From Treponema sp. UBA3870 (GTDB lineage Bacteria > Spirochaetota > Spirochaetia > Treponematales > Treponemataceae), in contig DGGQ01000107.1 of NCBI GenBank assembly GCA_002392275.1, positions 3,781 through 67,780 on the forward strand: a DNA stretch of 64,000 nt, written 5' to 3'. The translations under genes were made by a program, and so were the position numbers. The notes below the pieces were generated by a model, which was not told where the DNA came from, made no database searches, and worked only from the letters and a program-made list of their open reading frames with translations. Of this stretch, positions 39,297 through 47,686 are shown piece by piece (position 1 is the first letter of the stretch; each line of letters begins with the position of its first letter).

Positions 39297-40130
39297 TTAT
39301 TTTATTTGTTTTTTTGCATTGTCCTTCTCCAGCTCAAAAAGGACGTCCTCCAGGGGTGCTCCCATTTTTTCGGCGGCGGTCCCTGGGATGACACCAAAAT
39401 CATTTACAAGAACCAGCGCAGCTTCGACGGCCTTTCTGTGTTCGCCATTTTCAAGACCTGCCTCATAGTCGTAGGTCCTCTGTCTTTCCCATTCCATGTA
39501 CTGCATCCTCCATTGTGTGTTCTTCTTCGCGTCGTCGGCAAGTTTCGCAATCCTGTCCGTGAAATCCGAGGAGCTTTCGTTTGTCAGTATGAATTTTAGA
39601 AACGACCGCTGCTCCCCGTCAAGAAGTTTATCACAGTTTCTGGCAATGAAAAAGTATTTGTGCGTCCTGTCGCCCAGAGGAAGGGTGTTGTCCTGCCTGC
39701 AGAGGTTCTCGAATGTGTATACCGGCAGCCCCCGAGAGAAGACATCGCCTATGCAGATGAAAATAATGTAAGACTCCTTCAGCTCGGAGTATTTCTGCCC
39801 GGCGCCCAGGGTGTCAACATCTATCACGCTCTGGTAGTAGCGCGCCCGCTCCGGAAGCTCCTTGGTGTCCACCGCCTGAATCTCTATGTCGAAGGCCCTG
39901 GAGCTGTTCCTTGCGTACACATCAAGGCGTATGCACTTGCTTCCGTAGTCAACCATGATTTCGTCCTCCGAGTGCGTCTCTATTCGCTCGATGTCCATTC
40001 CGAGCAGAATCTCCAGAAGCCGCCGGCAGATTTCGGGATTGTTGTGCATGACCTTGTAGAACAGGAAGTTGTTTGCGAGTGTGGCCCGCTCCCATTTTTC
40101 TTCCGGTGTCAGTTTTTCTTTTGTTTCCAT
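39297..40130 (-). CDS. Rpn-family PD-(D/E)XK nuclease / putative transposase, copy 2
   Basis: Near-identical to 37172-38011 except the C-terminus. Confidence 0.9.
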   Translation of the reverse strand: METKEKLTPEEKWERATLANNFLFYKVMHNNPEICRRLLEILLGMDIERIETHSEDEIMVDYGSKCIRLDVYARNSSRAFDIEIQAVDTKELPERARYYQSVIDVDTLGAGQKYSELKESYIIFICIGDVFSRGLPVYTFENLCRQDNTLPLGDRTHKYFFIARNCDKLLDGEQRSFLKFILTNESSSDFTDRIAKLADDAKKNTQWRMQYMEWERQRTYDYEAGLENGEHRKAVEAALVLVNDFGVIPGTAAEKMGAPLEDVLFELEKDNAKKQIK

Positions 40131-40332
40131 GCTATATATATATGCCATGGAATTCAGAAATGTAAAAAAATTGCGCTTTTTTAATGCTTGATTTTTTCTC
40201 AAAACATGTCGAATTTAAAAACACAAGGTTTGATGGGCTTTGTCCAGAGTTAAAATAATGCCAAAGGAGGGGCAATAGAGAAAATTTTGGTTACAAATTT
40301 CCATTAAACATAACAAAATATTAAAAAAATGT

Positions 40333-40361
40333 TTGACGGCACAAAAAAAATGTGCTATTGT
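40333..40361 (+). promoter_or_regulatory. Sigma70 promoter of the Msp expression site
   Basis: TTGACG-17 nt-TATTGT with extended TG; AGGAGG RBS at 40400-40405. Confidence 0.65.
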
Positions 40362-40412
40362 TAGATTATAAAGTGCTTATAAAAGCATTTAAGAAAAATA
40401 GGAGGAATTCTT

Positions 40413-41786
40413 ATGAAAAAGATTATTGCTATAACAGCAATGGCAGCCGCGGCGGCTGCAATTTCATTTGCGGCTGAACCAGCGGTGAACCAGAGCGTAA
40501 GCCTTTCTGGCGATGCTTCAGTGACATGGGGTGTTGACCTTGATACAGGCAAGACTGGTTTCAAGAATGAGGCGAATGCAACCCTCGAAGTTGTGTTCAC
40601 CGGTGAAGGAACCAAGGAAACAACTGGTGAAGGCATCTGGGCAGAGATTCAGGCAAAGGGAACTGCCCTGTCTGTGAAGGACACACTTACAACTACCCCA
40701 ACTTTGACGAATGGTGCTGCATCTATTGAAAAGGCAAAGCTTCACTTCGGACCTGTTTACCTTGGAATTACAACTGGCGACACAGTGCTTGGAGAGTTTA
40801 ACGGTGCAAATGCTGTGAACTCATCAAAGCTTGGCGTAAGCAATACATATGATGATGCAGAGGGCCACAAGCAGGGTATCGTCGCAGGATTCAGCAATGA
40901 TATGTTTGCTATCGATGTAGACTTCCGCTCACATCCAATTGGAGGAAATTACTACACCAACGACTACGGTGTGGCTGGAGAGGCAACACTGAAGTTCATC
41001 CCTGGTCTGGAAATCAAGGCAGGTGCAGACTATCAGATTAGGTACAACGATGCCGAGTCAAACAAGCTCGGAGTTGGAGCCAGCGAGAAGTACACACTTG
41101 CACTTGGCGACAAGTTCAAGCTCATCGAGGGTGTCGGATTCAACATGGGAAAGGTCGTCACCAATTCTGACGCTCCTGTAATGAACCTTGCCGCAGGTGT
41201 TGTATTTGCATGGGGAGACGAGGCAGACGCAAACGCCGGAGTTCCTTACCTTGATGGAGACTATGCAAAGAAGGTAACACCTGGAGTTGGTGTCGCCGCC
41301 GCAATCAACAAAATAACAAACGATGACAGAACTATCGTCATTCAGCCATCATTCTACAGCGGAGACATCATCCCGAACCTGAAGGTTGGTGTTTTGGGAC
41401 AGATTGGCATTTCAACAACAAGTGGAAACGACGCTGTTTTCGGAGTTGCCGGTGGACTTAAGTATGACCTGAAGGCAACAGATGCCCTCACAATCAGCCC
41501 TTATGCCGGTGCTCGCTTTGTCAAGAATGCCGCTTGGGCAACTACTGCAAATCTGTTCGACGACACATTCACAACCGAGACTACTGACAACGGAAACAAG
41601 AAGGATTTGCAGGGAGCTGGAAACAACAAGCTGAACGTAAAGGTTGGAGCTGATGTTTCTGGACTCATCAACAACACAACATTCAGTGCTTGGTGGCAGT
41701 CACGCAACCTCCTGAATGAGGATGCAGACAAGAAGACCAACGGACAGGTTGGTACAATCAACCTCAAGTGCAAGATTGCTCTGTAA
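40413..41786 (+). CDS. Msp/Tpr-family major outer sheath protein, complete expression-site copy (copy B)
   Basis: Full signal peptide MKKIIAITAMAAAAAAISFA, SLSGDASVTWGVDLD block, beta-rich body ending CKIAL. Confidence 0.85.
   Translation: MKKIIAITAMAAAAAAISFAAEPAVNQSVSLSGDASVTWGVDLDTGKTGFKNEANATLEVVFTGEGTKETTGEGIWAEIQAKGTALSVKDTLTTTPTLTNGAASIEKAKLHFGPVYLGITTGDTVLGEFNGANAVNSSKLGVSNTYDDAEGHKQGIVAGFSNDMFAIDVDFRSHPIGGNYYTNDYGVAGEATLKFIPGLEIKAGADYQIRYNDAESNKLGVGASEKYTLALGDKFKLIEGVGFNMGKVVTNSDAPVMNLAAGVVFAWGDEADANAGVPYLDGDYAKKVTPGVGVAAAINKITNDDRTIVIQPSFYSGDIIPNLKVGVLGQIGISTTSGNDAVFGVAGGLKYDLKATDALTISPYAGARFVKNAAWATTANLFDDTFTTETTDNGNKKDLQGAGNNKLNVKVGADVSGLINNTTFSAWWQSRNLLNEDADKKTNGQVGTINLKCKIAL
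40440..40460 (+). repeat. Right inverted repeat, candidate recombination site
   Basis: ATGGCAGCCGCGGCGGCTGCA, codons 10-16 of the signal peptide. Confidence 0.9.
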
Positions 41787-41812
41787 TCTTAACTAGTTCA
41801 GTCTGTTGACTA

Positions 41813-41850
41813 AATGCCCTCGGACCAAACGGTTCGGGGGTGTTTTTTTT
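41813..41850 (+). terminator. Intrinsic terminator of the right Msp-like gene
   Basis: ATGCCCTCGGACC-aaac-GGTTCGGGGGTGT followed by a T-run. Confidence 0.75.
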
Positions 41851-43018
41851 AGCAGATTCCCAAAATCGGGGCGAAAATTTTTGAGGAAGTTTGGGCAAGT
41901 TCCATCAAGGTCTGCTCCGACTGGTGTGCCGCGTAGTGCTCTAGCATTGCAATCGACTTGTGGCCCGTCGCCAGCTGCAATTTTCTTAAATCCACACTGT
42001 CAGCCATGGTTGTAGAAAAAAAATGCCTCCAGCAGTGGAATGTAATTTTTTCCCCATCCTTTATGTTCAATTTTTTTACAATCTCGTGCAGCTCCCTGTT
42101 CCATTTTGAGTAGGAGCTTGGTTTTTCTTTTGTCTGACCCCAGAACAAAAAATTTGATGGTCGCGGTCCAAACGGATTTTTTTCCGCCTGTTTTTTTATC
42201 AGCGACAAAAGTTTTTGGTCCACGATTATTTCCCGCTGGCATCCATTTTTGGGAGACTTAAGGCCATCCCTTCTTGTCCAGTTGTGCCGGACAAAAATTC
42301 TGTCACGACCAATATCCCTCAGCTGCAAAGCCTGGACCTCTCCAATCCTCATTCCAGTGCAAATGGAAATCAAGTGCGCGAGCCGGATTGATTCATCATT
42401 CCATTTTTTTGAGAAAATCTGCTCCACCTCCGACATTGTTGGAACCACACGTTTTTCTGGAACAACGTGGCACCAGATGATTCCGCTAAAACAGTCATTA
42501 GCTGTCAGTTTGTTGTGGTATGCCCATTTGAGAGCGAGAGTTGCGCAACGGACAATCTGGTTCACAGTCTCAGGTCTAAGTTTTCTTTTTACAAAAATCT
42601 GATTTCCGAGACCATCTTTTTTTGCGGTTCCAACTTTTTGTGCCGTGGTCGCGAGTGACAAAAGTTTTTTTTTGATTTCAAACACAGTGATTTCTCCAAG
42701 AGGAATTTTTCCGTGGGTCGGAATCCAGTATGCCCTTGCCCGTTTCAGCATTATATCCGCGTAACGCCTGTGGGCCGACTGTCCGACTATTTTCTTTTCA
42801 GCAAAATATGGGGACCTGTCAAAATCCCAAAAGCGTTCCAAAAAATGTCCAAACGTTTCGCTCTGTGGACTGTCCGCAAATGTCGCCGACACAATATATT
42901 TTTTCATCTGCAGCGCCCGTACAATTTTTTTTACACCGTCCTCACTGATTTCCGTTGTCAAAATTTTTTCGTAGATTTCATCTTCAATTTCTTTTGAATC
43001 CACCCGTTCCATTTTCAT
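41849..43018 (-). CDS. Tyrosine recombinase / site-specific integrase
   Basis: TGMRIGE (R), PKNG (K), FHCWRH (HxxR), GHKSIAMLEHY (H, Y) all intact; GAGG RBS before ATG 43018. Confidence 0.92.
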   Translation of the reverse strand: MKMERVDSKEIEDEIYEKILTTEISEDGVKKIVRALQMKKYIVSATFADSPQSETFGHFLERFWDFDRSPYFAEKKIVGQSAHRRYADIMLKRARAYWIPTHGKIPLGEITVFEIKKKLLSLATTAQKVGTAKKDGLGNQIFVKRKLRPETVNQIVRCATLALKWAYHNKLTANDCFSGIIWCHVVPEKRVVPTMSEVEQIFSKKWNDESIRLAHLISICTGMRIGEVQALQLRDIGRDRIFVRHNWTRRDGLKSPKNGCQREIIVDQKLLSLIKKQAEKNPFGPRPSNFLFWGQTKEKPSSYSKWNRELHEIVKKLNIKDGEKITFHCWRHFFSTTMADSVDLRKLQLATGHKSIAMLEHYAAHQSEQTLMELAQTSSKIFAPILGIC

Positions 43019-43339
43019 ATTTGATTTCCTCTGTCTTTTTTTTGCTCCCCACAAAATTATTGCAACATTGGGAAACAAAATCCAAGACATCTGCAAACAA
43101 ATTGTGTCAAATTTACCCAGTACGATGGACAAAAATATTCAGTCTGGTCCAATTTTTAATAGTATTCTGAAAAAAACTGTGGCATGGGCCCCGATGGGGA
43201 ACGTGCCATGAGAGATTGAAGATTAGGGAAGTGTGTCTGAAGGGTAGAAAACATTGGATTGCCCTGAATTTCCCCTGTTTCCGACAGATTTGCAATCTTT
43301 CCAGGCATGAATCAGTCCAATTGAGCAACCTTTAAAACT

Positions 43340-43355
43340 TGGCACGCAATTTGCT
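43340..43355 (+). promoter_or_regulatory. Sigma54 (-24/-12) promoter upstream of the Hsp20 gene
   Basis: TGGCACG-CAAT-TTGCT matches the TGGCACG-N4-TTGCW consensus. Confidence 0.8.
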
Positions 43356-43465
43356 TAATATATAAGTGAAAGGAAAAGGATTTTAGGACATCTCCAAAAA
43401 CTTTGGTTCGTAGAGAGGTCCCGGGTCCAGAACCTAAAAAATCAAATCGCTTGGAGGTATTCATT

Positions 43466-43909
43466 ATGAACGAACTTTCACTTTTTAACACACTTTTCGA
43501 TGACAACTGCGTTGGTTTTCCTGTCTTCAAGACATCCACGAACTTTGTTCCAAAAGTTGATGTCAAGGAAACAAAAAATGCCTATGTTCTTGACATGGAT
43601 TTGCCTGGACTTTCCGAAAAGGATGTTGAAATCGATTTGAAGGACAACATTCTTACGGTCGCATCAAAAGACGAGACTCCCGCCGAAAATGAAAAGGAGC
43701 ATAAATCTGAAGAAACGAGCGAGGTCGAGGAAGACTGGCAGTGGCTCATCCACGAAAGAAGGGCAACAAAATTTGAACGCCGCTTCTCTTTGCCACAGGA
43801 CATTGATTCCGAAACAATCAGCGCTGTTTTCAAAAACGGAGTGCTCACGGTGACAATCCCACGCAAGGCTCAGGCCAACGCAAGACGGATTAACATCTCC
43901 GTAGCATAA
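43466..43909 (+). CDS. Hsp20/alpha-crystallin small heat-shock protein
   Basis: PKVDVKE, DLPG, FERRFSLP, FKNGVLTVTIP; GGAGG RBS. Confidence 0.95.
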   Translation: MNELSLFNTLFDDNCVGFPVFKTSTNFVPKVDVKETKNAYVLDMDLPGLSEKDVEIDLKDNILTVASKDETPAENEKEHKSEETSEVEEDWQWLIHERRATKFERRFSLPQDIDSETISAVFKNGVLTVTIPRKAQANARRINISVA

Positions 43910-43982
43910 AAAAACGGCCCCTTTGATTGTTAATTCAACCAGAGGGGTCGCAGTATTTTAAATTGATTCGCGCGGAGAGTGT

Positions 43983-44630
43983 TTACTTTTGTTTTACCTT
44001 CGCCCGTTCGCGCACAAAATATTCAAATCCTTTTTTGTCAAGAAGATTTAAAAATCCCTGCACATCGTTTGTCGCTATGTCTTTTATCACAACCCTTGTT
44101 ATGTTTCCTGCTGTCTGGTATGCAAGGTATTTGTTGATTCCGGCGGCCTGTAATTTTTTGACAAAAGCTTCTGCATTTTTTCGCACCGAGAATGCGCCAA
44201 GCTGAATGTCCCAGGTCTTGCTTTTGTTTTCCTGTTTCAAATATGGAGATGAGGAACTGTTTTGAATTTTCGCATCGATTATAGTGATTTTGACTTTCGC
44301 CGTCCCGGATTTTATCATGTCAAGCTTTTCTGCAGCTGCCTTTGACAAATCAATTTCACGGCCAGCAATAAATGGTCCCCTGTCATTGATTCGGACTGTT
44401 ACGTTTTTTCCATTTGAAAGATTTGTGACTACAACCTTCGTGTTGAATGGAAGTGTTTTGTGGGCAGCTGTAAGAGCGTACATGTTGAACGTCTCACCGT
44501 TGGATGTTTTTCTTCCGTGAAACTTGTCCGCATAGTAGGAAGCGACGGCCTCCGACTTGTAAACATAGTCTGCAAAAACTGGAACCACCGAAATCAGCAG
44601 GGCTGCGACCAAAAGGATTCTTCTTTTCAT
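43983..44630 (-). CDS. rlpA: RlpA-family septal lytic transglycosylase with SPOR domain
   Basis: [36 protein letters not shown]; IQLGAF SPOR motif. Confidence 0.93.
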   Translation of the reverse strand: MKRRILLVAALLISVVPVFADYVYKSEAVASYYADKFHGRKTSNGETFNMYALTAAHKTLPFNTKVVVTNLSNGKNVTVRINDRGPFIAGREIDLSKAAAEKLDMIKSGTAKVKITIIDAKIQNSSSSPYLKQENKSKTWDIQLGAFSVRKNAEAFVKKLQAAGINKYLAYQTAGNITRVVIKDIATNDVQGFLNLLDKKGFEYFVRERAKVKQK

Positions 44631-44807
44631 ATTGTCCTCTTTTTTTTAAAAATTTACAACCATAGATTCCCCCTCAAATTTTTGGTCGAAAAAAAAGGGA
44701 CCCGCCAAATGCAGATCCCCTTCTCGCACTTTTATCAATCCATCTGGAAAAGCCCCACTTGCAATTCCCAGACAGTTATTATTAAATTAGCAAAGCATTT
44801 TCAAAAA

Positions 44808-45530
44808 CTATTGCTCAATAGAAAGACTCGCAACCTCCACGCCGGTCTCCGTTACTGAACCAAGTTTTCTCTGTCTGACCAAGTAATGATCAAAACCATG
44901 CTGCTTCAACGCATCAACAATATAATCCAAATCGGACGCGGCAACATCGCGGATTACAACTCTGGTGATTCCGTCCTCGGATTGGTATGCAATATTTTTG
45001 AATCCCTGACTGTTGAGTTTGTCCGCAAGAATTTTTGCGTTTGAAAAATCGGAGTACGCTCCCAGCTGAATGTCGTAATGCTTTTCCTCCTGATGGTAGA
45101 TTTTGGATTCCTCCTCGTAAGGTGTTTCCACAACTCCACTGACATCGGTCGTTGGACCATTGTTTGTTCCCCACTGGATTATCTCCATGGAAACTCTTGC
45201 GGTCCCGGCTTTTAGCATACCCAAATCAGATGCGGCGGCTTTTGAAACATCAATTTCGCGACCCGGTGCGCTAGGTCCCCTGTCATTGATTCTTACAACA
45301 ACAGACTTTGAGGTGACAAGGCTTGTCACTTTGACCAGAGTATTGAAAGGCAATGTATTGTGGGCCGCAGTGTAGTCGTTCATATTGAAGATTTCACCGC
45401 TGGCAGTTTTATTGCCGTTCAGTTCCTCACCATAATAAGAGGCGATGACATTTGTTTTGTACAGTTCCTCCGCAGAAGCAAAGGATGCAATGGCCATAAG
45501 TGCCGTCAAAAAAATACCATGTACTTTCAT
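44808..45530 (-). CDS. rlpA: RlpA-family lytic transglycosylase with SPOR domain (second paralog)
   Basis: [28 protein letters not shown]; IQLGAY. Confidence 0.92.
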   Translation of the reverse strand: MKVHGIFLTALMAIASFASAEELYKTNVIASYYGEELNGNKTASGEIFNMNDYTAAHNTLPFNTLVKVTSLVTSKSVVVRINDRGPSAPGREIDVSKAAASDLGMLKAGTARVSMEIIQWGTNNGPTTDVSGVVETPYEEESKIYHQEEKHYDIQLGAYSDFSNAKILADKLNSQGFKNIAYQSEDGITRVVIRDVAASDLDYIVDALKQHGFDHYLVRQRKLGSVTETGVEVASLSIEQ

Positions 45531-45537
45531 ACATTTA

Positions 45538-45564
45538 TTATCGGAGGCGAAAAAAATTAGTTTA
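45538..45564 (-). promoter_or_regulatory. Sigma28 promoter of the second rlpA paralog
   Basis: TAAA-15 nt-TCCGATAA on the minus strand, 7 nt before the ATG. Confidence 0.65.
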
Positions 45565-45601
45565 GGATTTTAAAAACAAAATGCCATCCAAAAAATGTGT
45601 A

Positions 45602-47683
45602 CTAGATTCCAACTATTTTTTTAATAACATCGATTGGCGACTTGTTGTAATAAAGATATGCGTAGATTGCGGCAGCTGCGGAAACACTTTTTCCATAATT
45701 TCTTGTCTCCGTTATGTTGAGCATTTCCAAAAAAATGTCGTTGGGGATTTCGCTTCGCTTTACAATTGAAAGGCAGTTCCGTAATGTGCTTCTGATTTTT
45801 CCTGCACCAGCATTGTAGGAGCATACCGCAAGCAGACTGTTTTTTTCCATACGGGAAATAAGTTCCGCAAGATAATATGTCCCCAGGTGGATGTTCGTTT
45901 CCGGGTCGGTGAGTTCATAATCACTAAGCCCAATTTTTTTTGCGACCTCGGCAGCTGTTGTTTCCATCAGTTGACACAGCCCGGTCGCACCAGCATGGCT
46001 TATCGCCTCTGGGGAATAAAAACTTTCCATACGAATCAACGCGTAGATTAAATATTCATCGGTTTTGTATTTTTCGGAAAACTTTTCAACATGGTCGCTG
46101 AATCCTCGTGGAAAAGAAAGCTCCATGATTTTTTTTGTCAAATCTTTTTCGCTGTAGTTTAATTTTTTTGCGGCAACCCTTAGACTGATGTAATTAAAAT
46201 ATGGGTCGTCATCAATTTTTCCATGGAGATATTCGGCCACAGCCTCAGCACATTCAAGACCAATCTCATTGCTGTGCTCAAGCCAAAAAGGGTAGACCAA
46301 ATCAACAAAATCAAATTCGATATATCCGTAGAAGATTTTTTCAACATCCTCATCAGCCTGGAAATCTTCAAGTTTTTGCCAGAACGAAAAATACTTCCAT
46401 GTCTCTTCGTCGCTCAGACCAAGTTTTGCTGCGGCCATCAATTTGTGGTAGGAATCGGCCCCACCGTCCAAAGCCTTTGTGTAAAGATTTTTTATCTCTT
46501 CCTCTTTTGTTTTGTCCGCTGGTTGATAAAAATTATTTTCAATCAGGCTGCCGCTTGTGTAAAAAAATGCGGACCTTGTTTCAGGGCTTGCGTAATTTTC
46601 AAGACAGTAAGACAAGGAATAATATTCTTCCCATTTTTTTTCATCCATAAGTTTAACCGAAAGTGATTCAAGGATGTCGTCAAAATATGAAGGGTCGTGC
46701 CATGTCGAACAATACTTTTTAAACTCGTCCACCGCCTGTGTCAAATCTTTTTGCAGCGCGGAATTAAGATAGTACCAGAGAGCGTTGTCATAATCGGCAT
46801 CGATTGTTGCACATGCCATTGCTTTTTTGAAAAAATCCTGCGACATATCAAAAGCTGAATCAATTTTTGAATAGAGCCGGGCGGCGTAAAAGTTTAGATA
46901 AAAATCAACATCATTGCTTCCGCCCAAAAGAGACTCAAGAAAAGTTGCGTTTGTTTCATAATTTGCTGAGCCATAGAAAAGGGATTTGCCGGCAGCACTT
47001 ACGACCTGCGGAGAAAGATTTGTTTTTTCGTTTAAAATCCTTCGGGCATAGACCGCTGCCTGTCCCCAATCTTTTTTGCTTGCAGCATCCTGCATTTTTG
47101 CTGTGTCCGATGCAAACGCAAAAGAGTTTTTTGGGTAGTCCTTTATCATCGAAAGAATTTTTTTATGCCAGTCGGACCAATTTTTTTCGGCGCACCACAA
47201 ATTGTAAATTCCCGGGAAGGATGAATCATCGGTTGCAAGAAGAGCCGCGCATTGATAAAAAACAATTTCATCACCAGCAGATTTGTAGTCCAGATTTTTT
47301 GTGAGTGAAATGATTTTGTCGTAGCGTTCCTGATTAAAAAGCTGCTGGAGATAGAGAGCGAGAGAATCCTCGTCATTAAAATTTTTATAAAAATTTGCCG
47401 CACAGCTTGTCGCGTCTTTTTCCGGAAGAATTGAAACAAGTTTTCTTGCGGAAAGAGATGCGAACAGTTTTGATTTTGACGACACAGTTTTCCGCAAATA
47501 TTTTATTGCAGATTTTGTGTCGCCCTCGTTTATTGCTTGGAGTCCCAAAAAATAGTACACGTCGTTTCCATATTTTTTCAGCATTTCATCTGAAACCAGA
47601 TTTTGTTTTGCATTTGCGCATCCAGTAAAAATCAATGAGAAAATCAATATGAAAAAAATCAGCGGTCCAAATTTTTTTTGCAT
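45602..47683 (-). CDS. SLT-domain lytic transglycosylase lipoprotein
   Basis: Lipobox FTGC; IRMES, GATGLCQLM, YNAG, ETRNY. Confidence 0.9.
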   Translation of the reverse strand: MQKKFGPLIFFILIFSLIFTGCANAKQNLVSDEMLKKYGNDVYYFLGLQAINEGDTKSAIKYLRKTVSSKSKLFASLSARKLVSILPEKDATSCAANFYKNFNDEDSLALYLQQLFNQERYDKIISLTKNLDYKSAGDEIVFYQCAALLATDDSSFPGIYNLWCAEKNWSDWHKKILSMIKDYPKNSFAFASDTAKMQDAASKKDWGQAAVYARRILNEKTNLSPQVVSAAGKSLFYGSANYETNATFLESLLGGSNDVDFYLNFYAARLYSKIDSAFDMSQDFFKKAMACATIDADYDNALWYYLNSALQKDLTQAVDEFKKYCSTWHDPSYFDDILESLSVKLMDEKKWEEYYSLSYCLENYASPETRSAFFYTSGSLIENNFYQPADKTKEEEIKNLYTKALDGGADSYHKLMAAAKLGLSDEETWKYFSFWQKLEDFQADEDVEKIFYGYIEFDFVDLVYPFWLEHSNEIGLECAEAVAEYLHGKIDDDPYFNYISLRVAAKKLNYSEKDLTKKIMELSFPRGFSDHVEKFSEKYKTDEYLIYALIRMESFYSPEAISHAGATGLCQLMETTAAEVAKKIGLSDYELTDPETNIHLGTYYLAELISRMEKNSLLAVCSYNAGAGKIRSTLRNCLSIVKRSEIPNDIFLEMLNITETRNYGKSVSAAAAIYAYLYYNKSPIDVIKKIVGI

Positions 47684-47686
47684 AAA

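Noticed and set aside
33185-41786. Diversity-generating retroelement explaining the Msp or Rpn duplications
   Set aside because: No reverse transcriptase in the window and differences are not adenine-specific
41849-43018. Prophage or ICE boundary
   Set aside because: No phage, conjugation or tRNA att features; flanked by msp and hsp20
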